From Ginglymostoma cirratum (Eukaryota): 64,000 nt of DNA. Numbering within the stretch: position 1 is the first letter of the stretch; every line of letters begins with the position of its first letter. Positions 1 to 11,720 of the stretch are shown here, piece by piece. The DNA is taken from contig JAHRHZ010000289.1 in the NCBI GenBank assembly GCA_024137785.1, positions 33,147,164-33,211,163 on the forward strand, written 5' to 3'. Under the pieces are notes generated by a model. It saw only the letters and a program-made list of their open reading frames with translations. It was not told where the DNA came from and did not search any database. The translations under genes were made by a program, and so were the position numbers.

Positions 1-1399
1 GATGGAGGGATTTTGAAGCTGGTGAAGTCAATATTGAGGCCATTGGGCTGTAAGCTCTGACGGCAAAATATCATGTGTTGTTCCTCCAGTTTATGTTTAG
101 CCTCATTGTGACAGTGGAGGAGGCCAAGGATAGACATGTCACCAGGACTTAAAATGGATGGTATCTAGAGAGTTGGGTTGGTTGATGCATGCAGAGTGCA
201 GAATTGGTCCCTGAGTCTGTGTTTGGTCTCACTGCTATAGAGAAGACTGTATCAAGAGCAACAGATACAACAGACTATGTTGGATGAAGTGCAGGTGAAT
301 CTCTGCTAGATCTGGAAGGATTATTTGCGGCCTTGAACGAAGGTGAGAGGGGAGGTGTAGGGACAGGTGTTTCACCTCTTGCGGTTGCAGGGAAAAGTAC
401 CGGGTGTGGAGGAGCAATTGGTGGGGAGTATAGAGCTGATGAAGGAGTCACGGAATGAATAGTCCATGCAGAAAGTGGGCAGGGGTGGGAAAGAAAATAT
501 CTTTTTGATGGTGGGGTCTGATTTTAGGTTGTGGAAATGTCAGAGGATGATGTGTTGGATTTGGAGGTTGGTGGTGTAGTATGTGAGGACTAAGGGGACA
601 ATATCCTAATTCTTGATGGGGGGAGGGTGTTGAGGACAGAAGTGTGGAAAATGGAGGCGATGCGGTTGAGAGCATCCCTAATTACAGAGGAGGGGAAACT
701 ATAGTCACTAAAGTAGGAGGATATCCGGGATGTCCTGGAATAGAATGCCTCATCCTGGGAGTAGATGTGGCGGAGACAGAGGAATTGAAAGTATGGGATA
801 ACATTTTTTCTGGAGCATGGGTGAGCGGAGGTGTAGCGGAGGGCTGCGTATATCGATCGGAAGAGGTTGGAGTAAGTGGAAGGGATAGGGAAATCCAGGC
901 CATTGATATCCCAGCGGCAGTTTATGATGAAGGAGTTGCATGAGGGTTGAAGGCTTGAAGGGGCTGTTCAGGAGGACGGAATTTGCTGGAGGTTGGAAAA
1001 GGGGTCGTTGAATGGTGGGTTGGATTCCTAATCAAAGGGATAGGCAGAGGTGGTAGAAAAAGAGCTCGACATCATGACACGCGCGGAATTTGTTTATATG
1101 TGGGGTGCAGGACAATGAAGGTGAGCCCTTTGCTGAGGACTGACCATTCAGCCTCAGTGAGGGGGAGGTCCGTAGGGATGGTGAATATCCGGAAGGGCTT
1201 GAGGTGGGGGCCAAGTGTAGAGCTGGGATCAGGAGCGCGGGTGGAGACTTTATCAGGAATGCATGTGTGCGCTGGAGCGGTCACATGGGCAGAAGCAGAA
1301 GTAACTCGTTCATCAGTAATGTCGACAGTCACATGGTCTTTGATGTCAGCAGAAGTGGCAGTCATGTGGATGTCTATGTCAGCGAAACCAGCAGTTACC
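1..1399 (-). mobile_element. Penelope-like retroelement (PLE), internally deleted and decayed; runs off the left edge of the window
   Basis: The minus strand gives the PLE N-terminal motif RIFTIPTDLPLTEAEWSVLSKGLTF (ORF 1072-1365). It then gives an RT-thumb-like YTSAHP..KNVIPYFQFL.LR (~760-840) and GIY-YIG/C-terminal sequence collinear with the copy at 34462-35739. The RT core appears deleted near 840-870. Confidence 0.85.
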
Positions 1400-1890
1400 T
1401 GGCGACATGTCCATCCAAGACCTCCTCCACTGTCAAAATGAGGCCAACCATAAACTGGAGGAATAACGCCTGATATTTTGCCTTCGGAGCTTACAGCTCA
1501 ATGACCTTAATATTGACTTCACCAGCTTCAAAATCCCTCCATCCTCAGCCTCCTCCCATGCCCAGCCCTGCCTCTTCACCTTGCATCCCTGACCTGATCT
1601 AACCTGTCCATCTTCCTACTCACCTATCCACCCCACCCTTTCCACTGACCAATCACAATAACCTCTTACCTGCATCCACATATTACCATTCCACCTACCC
1701 TTCCCCCAGCTCCAACCCCTCCCTCTGTTTCACTTCTGGGCTCTCCTCCCCCTCCCCAGTCCTGATGAAGGGTTTTGGTCCAAAACGCTGACTTTCCTGT
1801 TGCTCAGATGCTGTCTGACCTGCTGTGCTTTTCCAGCTTCAATTCTATTGACTCTGGCTTCCAGCATCTGCAGTCCTTACTGTCTCCAAT
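1400..1890 (+). mobile_element. Inverted PLE terminal repeat (pLTR) with decayed hammerhead motif
   Basis: 1400-1543 is the reverse complement of 1-144. It continues into a C/T-rich pLTR, AGTC-CTGATGA-agggttttggtcc-AAAAC-gc-TGACT (1758-1793) and the typical tail ccagcatctgcagtcc. Confidence 0.85.
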
Positions 1891-3635
1891 GCAGCAGCCT
1901 GTTTGATGAGGACTGAGTTGGCACCTTGTAGTTATATTCCAGGTAGTAGGAGCCCCTGCAGGCTGACAATGATAACCCTATTATTAACAAAATGAAACGT
2001 AGAGACAACCACATATTTTAAAAGTTCAAAACATACTTTCACGAGTTATTAACTTTGGATTTCATCCCTTCAATTTGTAAAATTGCTCCTCTCTGTCCCG
2101 TAGGCTGTAGATACAAATTAATTGAGTCTTGCAAAATGTTGTATTGATTTTTATTGTCAAGTATTGTTCATGTGCGTCGTGACAAGCATTACAAATCATT
2201 GTCATTTTGCCAGTAGCTCATCTTGTTCCATTTTTAATATGTGACAAAATTTGCAAGGAGAGCAGCAGTAACTGATAATTTCCATGATTGCTGTATTGCA
2301 CTTTACTGTACTGTTCTTTTTACAGATTATTTATTAGCTTTATCTCTCCTCTACCCACTGTGCCTATGTCCAAGTTTATTGGAGACTGATAGAGCATGGC
2401 TCATAGTTGGTTTTCTGAAGTGTCTTTTGGATGACTGACCAGGCCACTTGGCTGGCTTTCCCTTTCTTTTCCACTGGCAATGACCAAATTGGCTGATTCT
2501 CACCCTCCATTGTAAGACAGAGCAGCGGGGCTAGAACATCATCTCAGAAGTAGGAATCGAGAGGCAGAACGAATCTCATTGTTGCGAGCCAAACTCTATC
2601 ACCAGGCTGCCAGAAATTTCGATTTTCCAGCAACCATGCTTTTAATTGACCTAGAAATGAATATATTACTGGAGGCATGGGTCTGAGAATGGAATGGAAA
2701 CAGGATGATTCCAGAACAGGCATATTAAAAGATTTACCCTCACCCCCCTCAAAAAATTCATCTCTGTCCTACAAATGGAATCAGTTTTGAAGGTGGAGCT
2801 GTATCAGGAAGACCATGTAATCTGTAGAAATTTTAACCTAATGAGTTTGTAATGAATGTCTCCCCCTAGAGCCTGCTCCTCTCAATGCCTTACCACCTTA
2901 CCTTCCCCAATCCCTTATTACTGCTTGACTCACCCTCACCATCCACTTGATGAATAGAACTCACAAGCCCTGTTGTCAAATTTGGAAGCCATTGAATAGC
3001 CCATAAAGCTCCATGTATAGACAAACAGGCACTTCCAACTAGCTTCATAAACAGGATCAGGCATTGACAAAATAATATGGCAGTAATATGTCACCAAGAG
3101 CCTATAAATCTATCCAAGGAAACAAACTGACTTCAGAACCAACACCTCACCATATGCCTGAAGTGAAAACATGAAAGGAATTGAAAATAACCAACATTTA
3201 CAGCTGGTTATCACACTAATAATATTTTTAAACACCAAGTTTTCAATAGTGTGAATTTTATTCTACTCTTTAATCTACATTTACATTTTGCATTGCTTTT
3301 ACATTTTGAAGTTATCAGAAAACATTTTGCACATTTAGAATGTTGATCTTGTACTGGACAAATTGTCAATTGTCCGAAGTAAAAATTCACCATGCACATC
3401 ATTAAAGAGGCGCTGCATTTTGCACACAGCTTTGCTTGAGCCTACCTTAATGAATACACATTTCACTCATGCTACGTCATTTTGTGAGTAAAGAAGGCAA
3501 AAGAATTTCACTTCTCTTTGAAACTCTTCCTGCCTCCAGTTCATGGTGCACATCTCCTTGCAGCTGTTGCAAAACCCAATAGTTGCTGAAGTTTTGAGAA
3601 TATGGTCCCTCGTCTTACACATGCAGTCACCATAA

Positions 3636-4357
3636 TTTTTTATTCATTCCTGCGATATGGGCATCTCTGTCCGGGCCATCAGTTATTGCTTATCTCATAT
3701 TGCCACTGAATCTGAGTGGACTGCTGGGCAGTTAAGAGTCAATGACACTGCTGTGGTTCTGGAGTCACAAGTAGGCCAGAGCAGTTAAATACAACAGATT
3801 TCCTTCCGTAAGGGATATTACTGAACCAAATGGGTTTCATCAACAATTTACAATAGTTATATGGCTGCCATTAGGAGGTTTTAATTACAGATTTTTAATC
3901 AATTTCAATATTTACCATCTGCCATTGTGATGGGAAGGTGATGGCCTTGTGGTATTATCGCTGGACTGTTAATCCAGAGACCCAGACATTGTTCTGGGGA
4001 CCTGGATTCGAATGGCAGATGGTGGAATTTGAATTCAATAAATATCTGGAATTAAGAATCTAATGATGACCATGAATCCATTGTCGATTGTTGGAAAAAC
4101 CCATCTGGTTCACTAATGTCCTTCAGGGAAGGAAACTGCCATCCTTATCTGGTCTGGCCTACATGTGACTCCAGATTCACAGCAATGTGGTCGAATCTCA
4201 ACTGCCCACTGGGCAATTAGGGATGGGCAATAAATGCTGACCTAGTCAGTGACACCCTCCTCCCAAGGAACGAATAAAGAAAAAAAAATTAAACTCATGT
4301 AACCAGAGGGCTTTGGATTACTAACCCAGTGATACTAAGACTACACCATTGCTTCCT
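3636..4357 (-). mobile_element. tRNA-derived SINE (family sharing its 3' tail with the CR1/L2-group LINE), split by an inverted copy of the same family
   Basis: 3636-3930 is the reverse complement of the SINE body. The 5' tRNA-like head resumes at ~4291-4357 (ggattactaacccagtgatactaagactacacc). Confidence 0.7.
3932..4290 (+). mobile_element. tRNA-derived SINE, full length
   Basis: Head ggtgatggccttgtggtatt (A-box-like) and ggattcgaat (B-box-like), core ggttcactaatgtccttcagggaaggaaactgcc, tail gggatgggcaataaatgctg..aataaag plus A-tract. Homologous to 43800-44153 and 49508-49860. Confidence 0.85.
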
Positions 4358-5309
4358 CCTTATTTCCCTTATAAAGTGCCTAATAACCTTCATTTTACTA
4401 CGTTCAAGCACATTGTAAATGCACATTATTGCAGATGCCAATCTGATAGCCATCTGAATACAGTTTGAATTGACACTAACAATGGTTTTACTTAATTCTT
4501 TCATGTGGCATGACATCACTGTTAAGGCCAGAATTTGGTGCTTATCTCCAACTGTTCTTGAGAAAATGGTAGTGAGTTATCTTTGCCGTCCATCTTATGT
4601 AGGTACACCTGTACTGCTGCTGGGAAGAATGTTTTCAAATTTTGATCCAACAAAAGAAAAGGAACTGTGATTTGGTTCCAAGTTAGGGAGGTTTGTGGCT
4701 TGGCGGGGAACTTTCAAATGATGGTGTTCCCATCTGACTGTTCCCCTTGTCTTTCTAAGTAATACAGGTCATGGTTTGGAAGATGCTGTTGAAGGAATCT
4801 GGATGTGTTGTTGCAGGACAGCATGTAGATGGTATTAACTGCTGCCAGTGTGGATCAGTGACAGAGAGGGTAAATGTATGTAGATTTGGTGCCAGTCAAG
4901 CAGGATGCTTTGTCCTGGATGGTGTTAAGCTTCCTGAAGGCTGTTGGAGTTGCACACATCTGGGCAAGTCATAATTTATCACACTCCTGACTCCTATCTT
5001 GTAGGTGGTGAACAGTGTTTGGGGAGTCAAGAAGTGAGTTAGTTTGTTCAGAACTGCCAGCCTCTGACCTGCTTTTGTGGCTGCAGTATTTATATGGCTG
5101 ATTTAGTTCAGTATCTGCTGAATGATAACCAGCAGGATTGAAGTGCACATTCAGCAAAGATTATGACGTTGAATATCAAGGGGTTAGGGTTAGATTCTCC
5201 CTTGTTGGATGCAGTCACTGCCTGACGCATGTGTGGTAAATATTTTACTCGCCATACAGCAGTCCAAGTCTAGAAGCTCCTGTACAGATGCTTCAGTATC
5301 CAAGGAGAT

Positions 5310-5610
5310 AGTAGGAACTGCAGATGCTGGAGAATCTGAGATAACAAGGTGTAGATCTGGATGAACACAGCGGGCCAAGCAGCATCAGAGGAGCAGGAAG
5401 GCTGTAGTTTTGGGCCTAGACCCTTCTTCAGAAAAGGGTCCTTCATGTACCTTGATTTATGACATTGATTCATCAACCTTATTCTGAATGCTTTGCGCAT
5501 GAAGATACAAAGCCTTTCTGAAGAAGGGTCTAGGCCTGAAACGTCAGCTTTCCTGCTCCTCTGATGCTGTTTGGCCTGCTGTGTTCATCCAGCTCTACAC
5601 CTTGTTATCT
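5310..5610. mobile_element. Fold-back non-autonomous PLE cassette (two inverted pLTR tails, each with a hammerhead motif)
   Basis: Arms 5336-5434 and 5513-5613 are inverted repeats. TSD CAGTATC(C/T)AAGGAGAT at 5294-5309 and 5611-5626. Confidence 0.85.
5518..5548 (+). ncRNA. Minimal type I hammerhead ribozyme motif (PLE-associated)
   Basis: CTGAAGA-agggtctaggcct-GAAAC-GTC: core CUGANGA, hairpin stem II, GAAA, palindromic ACGU stem III and GUC cleavage triplet. Confidence 0.6.
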
Positions 5611-7915
5611 CAGTATCTAAGGAGATGGGAATGGTGCTGACAATTGTGCAATTGTCAGTGCATGAGCCCACTTCCATCCCTATAATGGAGGGAAGGTCAT
5701 TAATGAAGCAACTGAAGATGCCTGGGCTTAGAACACTATCCTGAGGAATACCAGCAGCCATATCCTAAAACTGAAGTGACTGGCCTCCAAAAATTGTATC
5801 CATTCTGTGCTATGTCTATTACGCAATGTTTTTTAACTTGGTGATTGTTGCACTTTGAATCTGGAAGAATGGTATTGGATTTTATTACGGTCGATTGGGC
5901 TTGTTAGCTACCATTTTAACCAAAGTCAGCTGAGCGTTCTTAGAACTCTCCCCCGTTATTAACAGATTACCCCTCGACTCTGCAGGGATGAACTGTTTCT
6001 TTGTAATCTTTTAATCTACTTTGCAAACAAAGTTTCATGTTCAGTTCAGGGAGACACTTGTTCCTCTAACACTTCCCATGTTGTTGAGATATACTCATCA
6101 TGTAGGGCTCTACCGAAATTGCCATGTTCAAAACATGATCTGGCAATAGAAAAAAAACCATGACAAACTTCAGAATCCCAGGCCTCTCTAGCTTGGCTGT
6201 TAGGTTTCTAGCCACAATGGGCTGCAATAAATCCAGCCCAAAGTCTCTTCTTCAGTTTGATAGAACTTATGATAAGTTATTTGCTTCCAGTCTGTTTTTG
6301 CGACACCATTCCATTAACACACATACCAGAGAGACTAGTAATTTGCATCTAATATTCTTTCCAGACTAAACTCCACTGGGAGAGCATATTTAATAGTACA
6401 ATCATACTTATAAGCTTAATGTGGTCAACGTTCACACTTATGACCAGTGCCTTTTTGCCCACTAGGCACATCACTGTCCATATCAAGATGTTTCCATACT
6501 TCACAAGCATTATTTAACACTGTCTCAATGTGCTACAGTCAGACTTGGGATGGAGATCAGAATGCTCTGTACCTTGTGTCTGTCTGTTTCTCCCAGAAAC
6601 ACCTTGTGGTTAACGTCCTATCACTGTTCACTCAATAGATTCATACACAAAAAAATGTTGTTTTCTTTAGTTTATAGTCAGAGTACATGTGCAGATTACT
6701 TAATGGCTCAACAAGGAAAAATGTGGTGCAATACTAGGCTATATGAATCACAGTTGTCACAATGGTGGGCTAAAGTTGGTTTAATCCCAAGGTGAGGAAG
6801 TGAAAGTGGAGAGGATACTGTTCCTGTGATTTTCATCTGAGTGATTACTACGAGAATGTAAACCTATCCATATTGAAATCAGTTAGCATTGCACTTATAT
6901 GTGATGCAGTATGGATAAATATTTTGTTAACACTCACTGGTTGAGCAGACACAAGGACAGAGAGCATACGGGGCTGTAGATTTGCAAAATAGCACATGAT
7001 AGTGAAGAAAAAACAGAAAATATGGCAGGATTTACAATGAAAAATCATCATTTACCTGTCAATTATGATAGGCACTTTTCCTATCCTTTTCCCTCAGAAC
7101 TGACAATGTCATTTTAATGAATTAGTTTCACTTGTACTATATTTCAGCTTTTGATTGAAATTGCCCGAAAAAGCGCTTTCGCTAAGAGTACCAGCTGAAT
7201 TCAGTTCTTTGAGAAACACAGCAGAATGGAGCAGGAACTACAAAATAATCATACATTCTGCTGACCAACATATTATCCAACAAAACTCTGGCTCTGGAAG
7301 ATCACAATTTTCCAGAATTAAATCTTGTTTTCACTTGCCAGATGCACGACACTCCTGAACATCAGTAAGACAGATGATTCACACAGATTCTTTTTAGTTT
7401 CAATAGACATTTAAATTGTCATATCATTTCCGCTGGCAATAGTATAAACTATATATAGAAAATCATTCTTGTACAGGTTTCAAACTGTTACATTCAACAG
7501 AACATTCTGACTCACGTCCCAGATGGAATAGCTTCAGAGCAGTTTCAATGCCATATATTGTCAGCACATATCTTGAGTACACCAATTAAACATAATTCAG
7601 TCCTAAATTGCATTCAGGCAACAAGGAAGTCTGCGGAAAATGCAGTGTTATATATCTCTTCAACATTTGTGTTTAGGGAATATCAAGTAATGTTGCTAGC
7701 TACCCTATGCATTTGCACACCTGGAATGACTTTATTATTACATTGAGAATCCTGGAAGACAGTCATGTTACATATGCAAGATACACAGAATTGCATAATG
7801 AGAGGAAAGCAAAATTGGAAGAGATGATGATGTAATTGGCTGCAATTTCAAAAGTTTCAGCAAAGACTGCACAGTACAGTATGCTGAGGTTAAGGGCAAA
7901 TAGGACTTTAAACTG

Positions 7916-8122
7916 TTTCAGAGACAGGAGGAACTGCAGATGCTGGAGAATCTGAGATAACAAGGTGTAGAGCTGGATGAACGCAACAGGCCAAGCAGCA
8001 TCAGAGGGGCAGGAAAGCTCGACATTTCGGGCCTAGACCCTTCTTCAGAAGAAACGTCAGCCTTCCTGCTCCTCTGATGCTGCTTGCCCTGCTGTGTTCA
8101 TCCAGCTCTACACCTTGCTATC
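7916..8122. mobile_element. 207-bp fold-back PLE cassette
   Basis: Inverted arms ~7955-8028 and 8051-8122. Perfect 15-bp TSD TAGGACTTTAAACTG at 7901-7915 and 8123-8137. Hammerhead motif on the minus strand at 8021-8048. Confidence 0.88.
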
Positions 8123-10385
8123 TAGGACTTTAAACTGCATTGCTTTTACTTCTTCTACCTGAACCACGTATTCTCTGACTTTTAAACTGATTATCTGTGA
8201 TTGTGCATGTATTTAATATTGTGGCTTTTTTTCTGGTGATTGAAAAATAATAACATTTCTCTTTTTTCACTCAAGAGAACATTATATTTGGCTTCTTCAT
8301 TTCAATCTAGTCAACTACATTTCCTTCTTTGACCTGCAATAGAATTACATGTCAAAAAGAAAGAAAAATATTTGTTGCAGTGACCAAGAGAGGGTCGAAA
8401 AGAAGAGATCTGATTACTCCTTCCTCACCTGGTTGTAACTGGAAGAAGGATAGAGTTAAAAGTGAGAGAAGAATCAACTCTGAGATAAAACATTTGTTTT
8501 TTGATATTTTGTCCAGGTTTGTGAAAGTGTCTTGAGAAGAACATCTCAATATGAAAGTTGAATTCATGTTCTGGGGTTTATATGAAAGGTGTTGAGTGGA
8601 AGAGAAGTACTTTTGACACGTAAAAGGAAATAAACCTCCTTGAAAACAAACTGAGCAACTCTGAAAATGTAAGGACTGTATTTAAAAATCAGAGAAAGGA
8701 ATGAATTTGAGAATGTCAAAAAATGAAGGAAGCAACCTACAGCTGAACCCAAGATATTTATAAGATGCAGAAACACTGATCTTAAACTTGAACACTTTAA
8801 TCTAAGATTGCATGGAAGGAACACACGTCAAACATTTCCACTATGATGCAGGTAGTGAACATTCAGGCTGTTTTATCTAGAAGAAGCTGATAAATGCAGA
8901 ATGGAATTGTCAGAGAAAGTTCAGACAGGTTGATGAACGGAGGTGGTCATTGATGTGGATAAGAAATAGCCCATTTCAGAATAATTTCAAGCTCATGTGT
9001 GACACAGAAAGCGCAAAAAGTATCTCACTGCAAAAAAAAAATCTTCAGAGCAAATTCTTAACAAGTGGGGTACATTCATCTTCTTTTAAGAGTAATCACT
9101 GTACTGGATGAAAAGCTCTGAGTAACAGAACTACTGAAATAAAAAGACTTCAGTCCTTCTCATGGGAAAACCTTCTGTCAAATTAAAGAGATCCCTGACA
9201 GAAATACCATAGCCATCAACATGACTGTACCAATACCTGGTGCAATGGAAAGGCAGCCCACTCCCTCACTATCTCCCTGCAGACTTTCTCAAGTATTAAT
9301 TTTACAGCAATGATAAGCTGGGGTCTCAAGTCTGCTGATATGCATTGAAAGAAAACAAGTAACTGACAATGAATTGATACAATCCACCAGCCACATCCAC
9401 AGTTGCCATTGCAGTGAAAATGGCACTAAGAACAGTAAAAAATTGATATGCTTTTCCCCAAAATGTTTAACCTATTCCCTAGTGATGCTGGGCTAAGTGT
9501 TGCTTCCTAGCTGGTTTCTATGAATCAGTACTCATGATTTGGACAGAAATATTCAGGCAGAATAAAAATAAGCAATATTAAAGCATTCTTTTAGTTCGAA
9601 AGCTGTCTGAGACACTCCCTTTGGGCTAAAATTGACTGAGAACAGCAACAAACAGCATTTAGCAGACTCCCCATTTACAGACTGACATCATAAATGGGGA
9701 CAGCGGCTGTGGGAAAATAGAAATGGCAATTTGTAATAGACTGTGGGTTGGAGGGCGGACAAGGGAGACTTGCTAAACAAGTCTGCTCCCAACTCTCCTT
9801 TAACCAGCAGTTTTGAAGAATAAAGAGACACAGAAACAAGGGAGAACTGAGAGGCAACAATAAAAGGACAAACAAGTCCCCTTATACCAGTTTAGTATTA
9901 TGTGGTGATTCAGACACACAACTGTTTTCCTATTTTTATAAAAAGTATCATGAGTCTCAGCTACCACAGGAGGTTGGTGAAATGTAACAAAACTGCCTTG
10001 AAGAGTTTTCTCCTGCTGATTTCTTTACTAGATTTATAAAGATTCCCCTTTCGTTCTCAAACACTTGGCTCTAAATCACCACCACTAGAACTGCTGTATC
10101 TCAAGCTGATGAATGAAAATTAGTGTTTAAATATTATAATACATCATATTTTATGCAGCGGTGCTGCAGAGATTAATTGTAAACATTATTAATTATGACA
10201 CTTGATGTTAAATCAACTGTGAAACTAATATAAACATCACGGTGTGTAATTGTATGCATTGCATTGTTGAGATAGAGACTCAAGAAAACATTAGCAACTC
10301 CTCACTATTTGATACTAAGCCACATTTCATCAATAAACACAATAATCAATAACATAGATTAAAGAAACAGGTAGGGTGTAACAGA

Positions 10386-11720
10386 TTCATAGACTGTAAC
10401 AGCACAAAGCAGTCCCTTTGGCCCATCTAGACTCTGCAGACCTAACTATACTGACCCACTTTCCAGCACTTGAATGTTACAACATTTCAGGTGCTGAGCC
10501 ATGTAATTGTTCAAGGTTGCAAAGTTTCCTGTTTCTACTATCATGGAATCCCTACAGTGTAGAAACAAGCCATTCGGCCAACCAAGTCCACACCGCCCCT
10601 CTGAAGGGGATCTCACTCAGACCCACCCCCTACCCTATCACTGCATTTCCCACCATATGCAGTATGGACAATTTAGCATGGCCAATCCACCTAACTTGCA
10701 CATCTTCAGACTGAGGGAGGAAACTGGAGTACTGGGAGGAAACCCACGCAGACATGGGGAGAATGTGCAAACTCCACACAGATAGTCACCCAAAGCTGGA
10801 ATCCAACCCGGGTCCCTGGTACTGTGAGGCAGCAGTGCTAACCACTGAGCCACCGTGCCACCTGTCCTCCTAGGTATAGCATTCCAGATTCCACCGCTCA
10901 TGCACCTCATAATCTTAACACCTCAGTCGGTTTTCTCTGCTCTGGACAAAACAATCCAAGCTTATCCAGCTTCACTTCATAGCTCAAATGCTCCAACCTG
11001 ATGAATATTCTCTGTATGTCCTCCAGTGTAATTGAATCCTTACTACTGTATGGCAAGTAGAACTGCACATAGTAGTCCAGGTGTGGCCTAACTAAAGTTT
11101 TGTATCGGCCCGACATAACCTCCCTGCTCGCATAATCTGGACCAAAACTAATAAAGGCAAGACTTCTGAAACACCCTATTAATCTTTCCTATTGCCTTCA
11201 GGGATCTGTGGACAAGCATCCCAAGATTCCCCTCTTTCTCTGTGATTCTTAATGTCCTACCATTCACTGAACATTCCCTTACCTTGTGATATTGTCCAAA
11301 GTTTACGACCCCACACTTTTCACACGTATTCCATCTGCCACTGATGGACTAATCTCACCAATCCGTCTATACATTCCTGAAACTAAAACTTCTTCTTCAC
11401 TATTAATTACCTGGTTGACTTTTGCATTAACCACAAACTTACTCATAATCCGTCTCACATTTTCATCTATATTGTTTTTATATATCACAAATAATAAAGG
11501 ACCTAGAACTGATCCTTGTGGTACACCTCTGGACACCAGCCTCCAGTCACACAAACTGTCTCCTTCCACCACACTCTATCTCCTACCTATTAAGCCAATA
11601 TTGGATCCATCTTGCCAAGTTACCCTGAATGGCATGTGCTTTTACCTTCTTTATCAATCTCCCATGTGAGACCTTGTCAAATACTTTGCTGAAATCCATA
11701 TAAAATGTACCGATTGCATA
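10386..11720 (-). mobile_element. CR1 LINE 3' fragment (RT C-terminus), interrupted by an HE1 SINE
   Basis: ORFs give SRGVPQGSVLGPLLFVIY, SKF and YKTLVRPHLDYYVQF..LEDIQRIF (CR1 ORF2 motifs). 3' tail near 10386-10440. Confidence 0.9.
10541..10862 (-). mobile_element. HE1-type shark SINE (tRNA-derived, V-SINE)
   Basis: The minus strand starts ggtggcacggtggctcagtggttagcactgctgcctcacag. It contains gtgtggagtttgcacattctcccc and a CR1-like tail ..cactgtagggattccatga. Confidence 0.9.

Larger units (their letters stand above)
4490..5810 (-). mobile_element. CR1/L2-group LINE 3' part, decayed, interrupted by a PLE cassette
   Basis: Reverse-complement homology to 17200-18887, e.g. agatgcttcagtatc..aggag and ggagggaaggtcattaatgaagcaactgaagatg..gggcttagaacac. 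Confidence 0.75.

Noticed and set aside
5310-8122. Fold-back cassettes as DNA-transposon MITEs or miRNA genes
   Set aside because: The arms are PLE tails, they are asymmetric in length, and the TSDs are long and variable, as expected for target-primed retrotransposition.
8330-9150. Purine-rich stretch as a decayed LINE or gene
   Set aside because: No diagnostic motif could be read in any frame.
10790-10862. tRNA gene
   Set aside because: The tRNA-like head is part of an HE1 SINE. The same applies to the other SINE heads.
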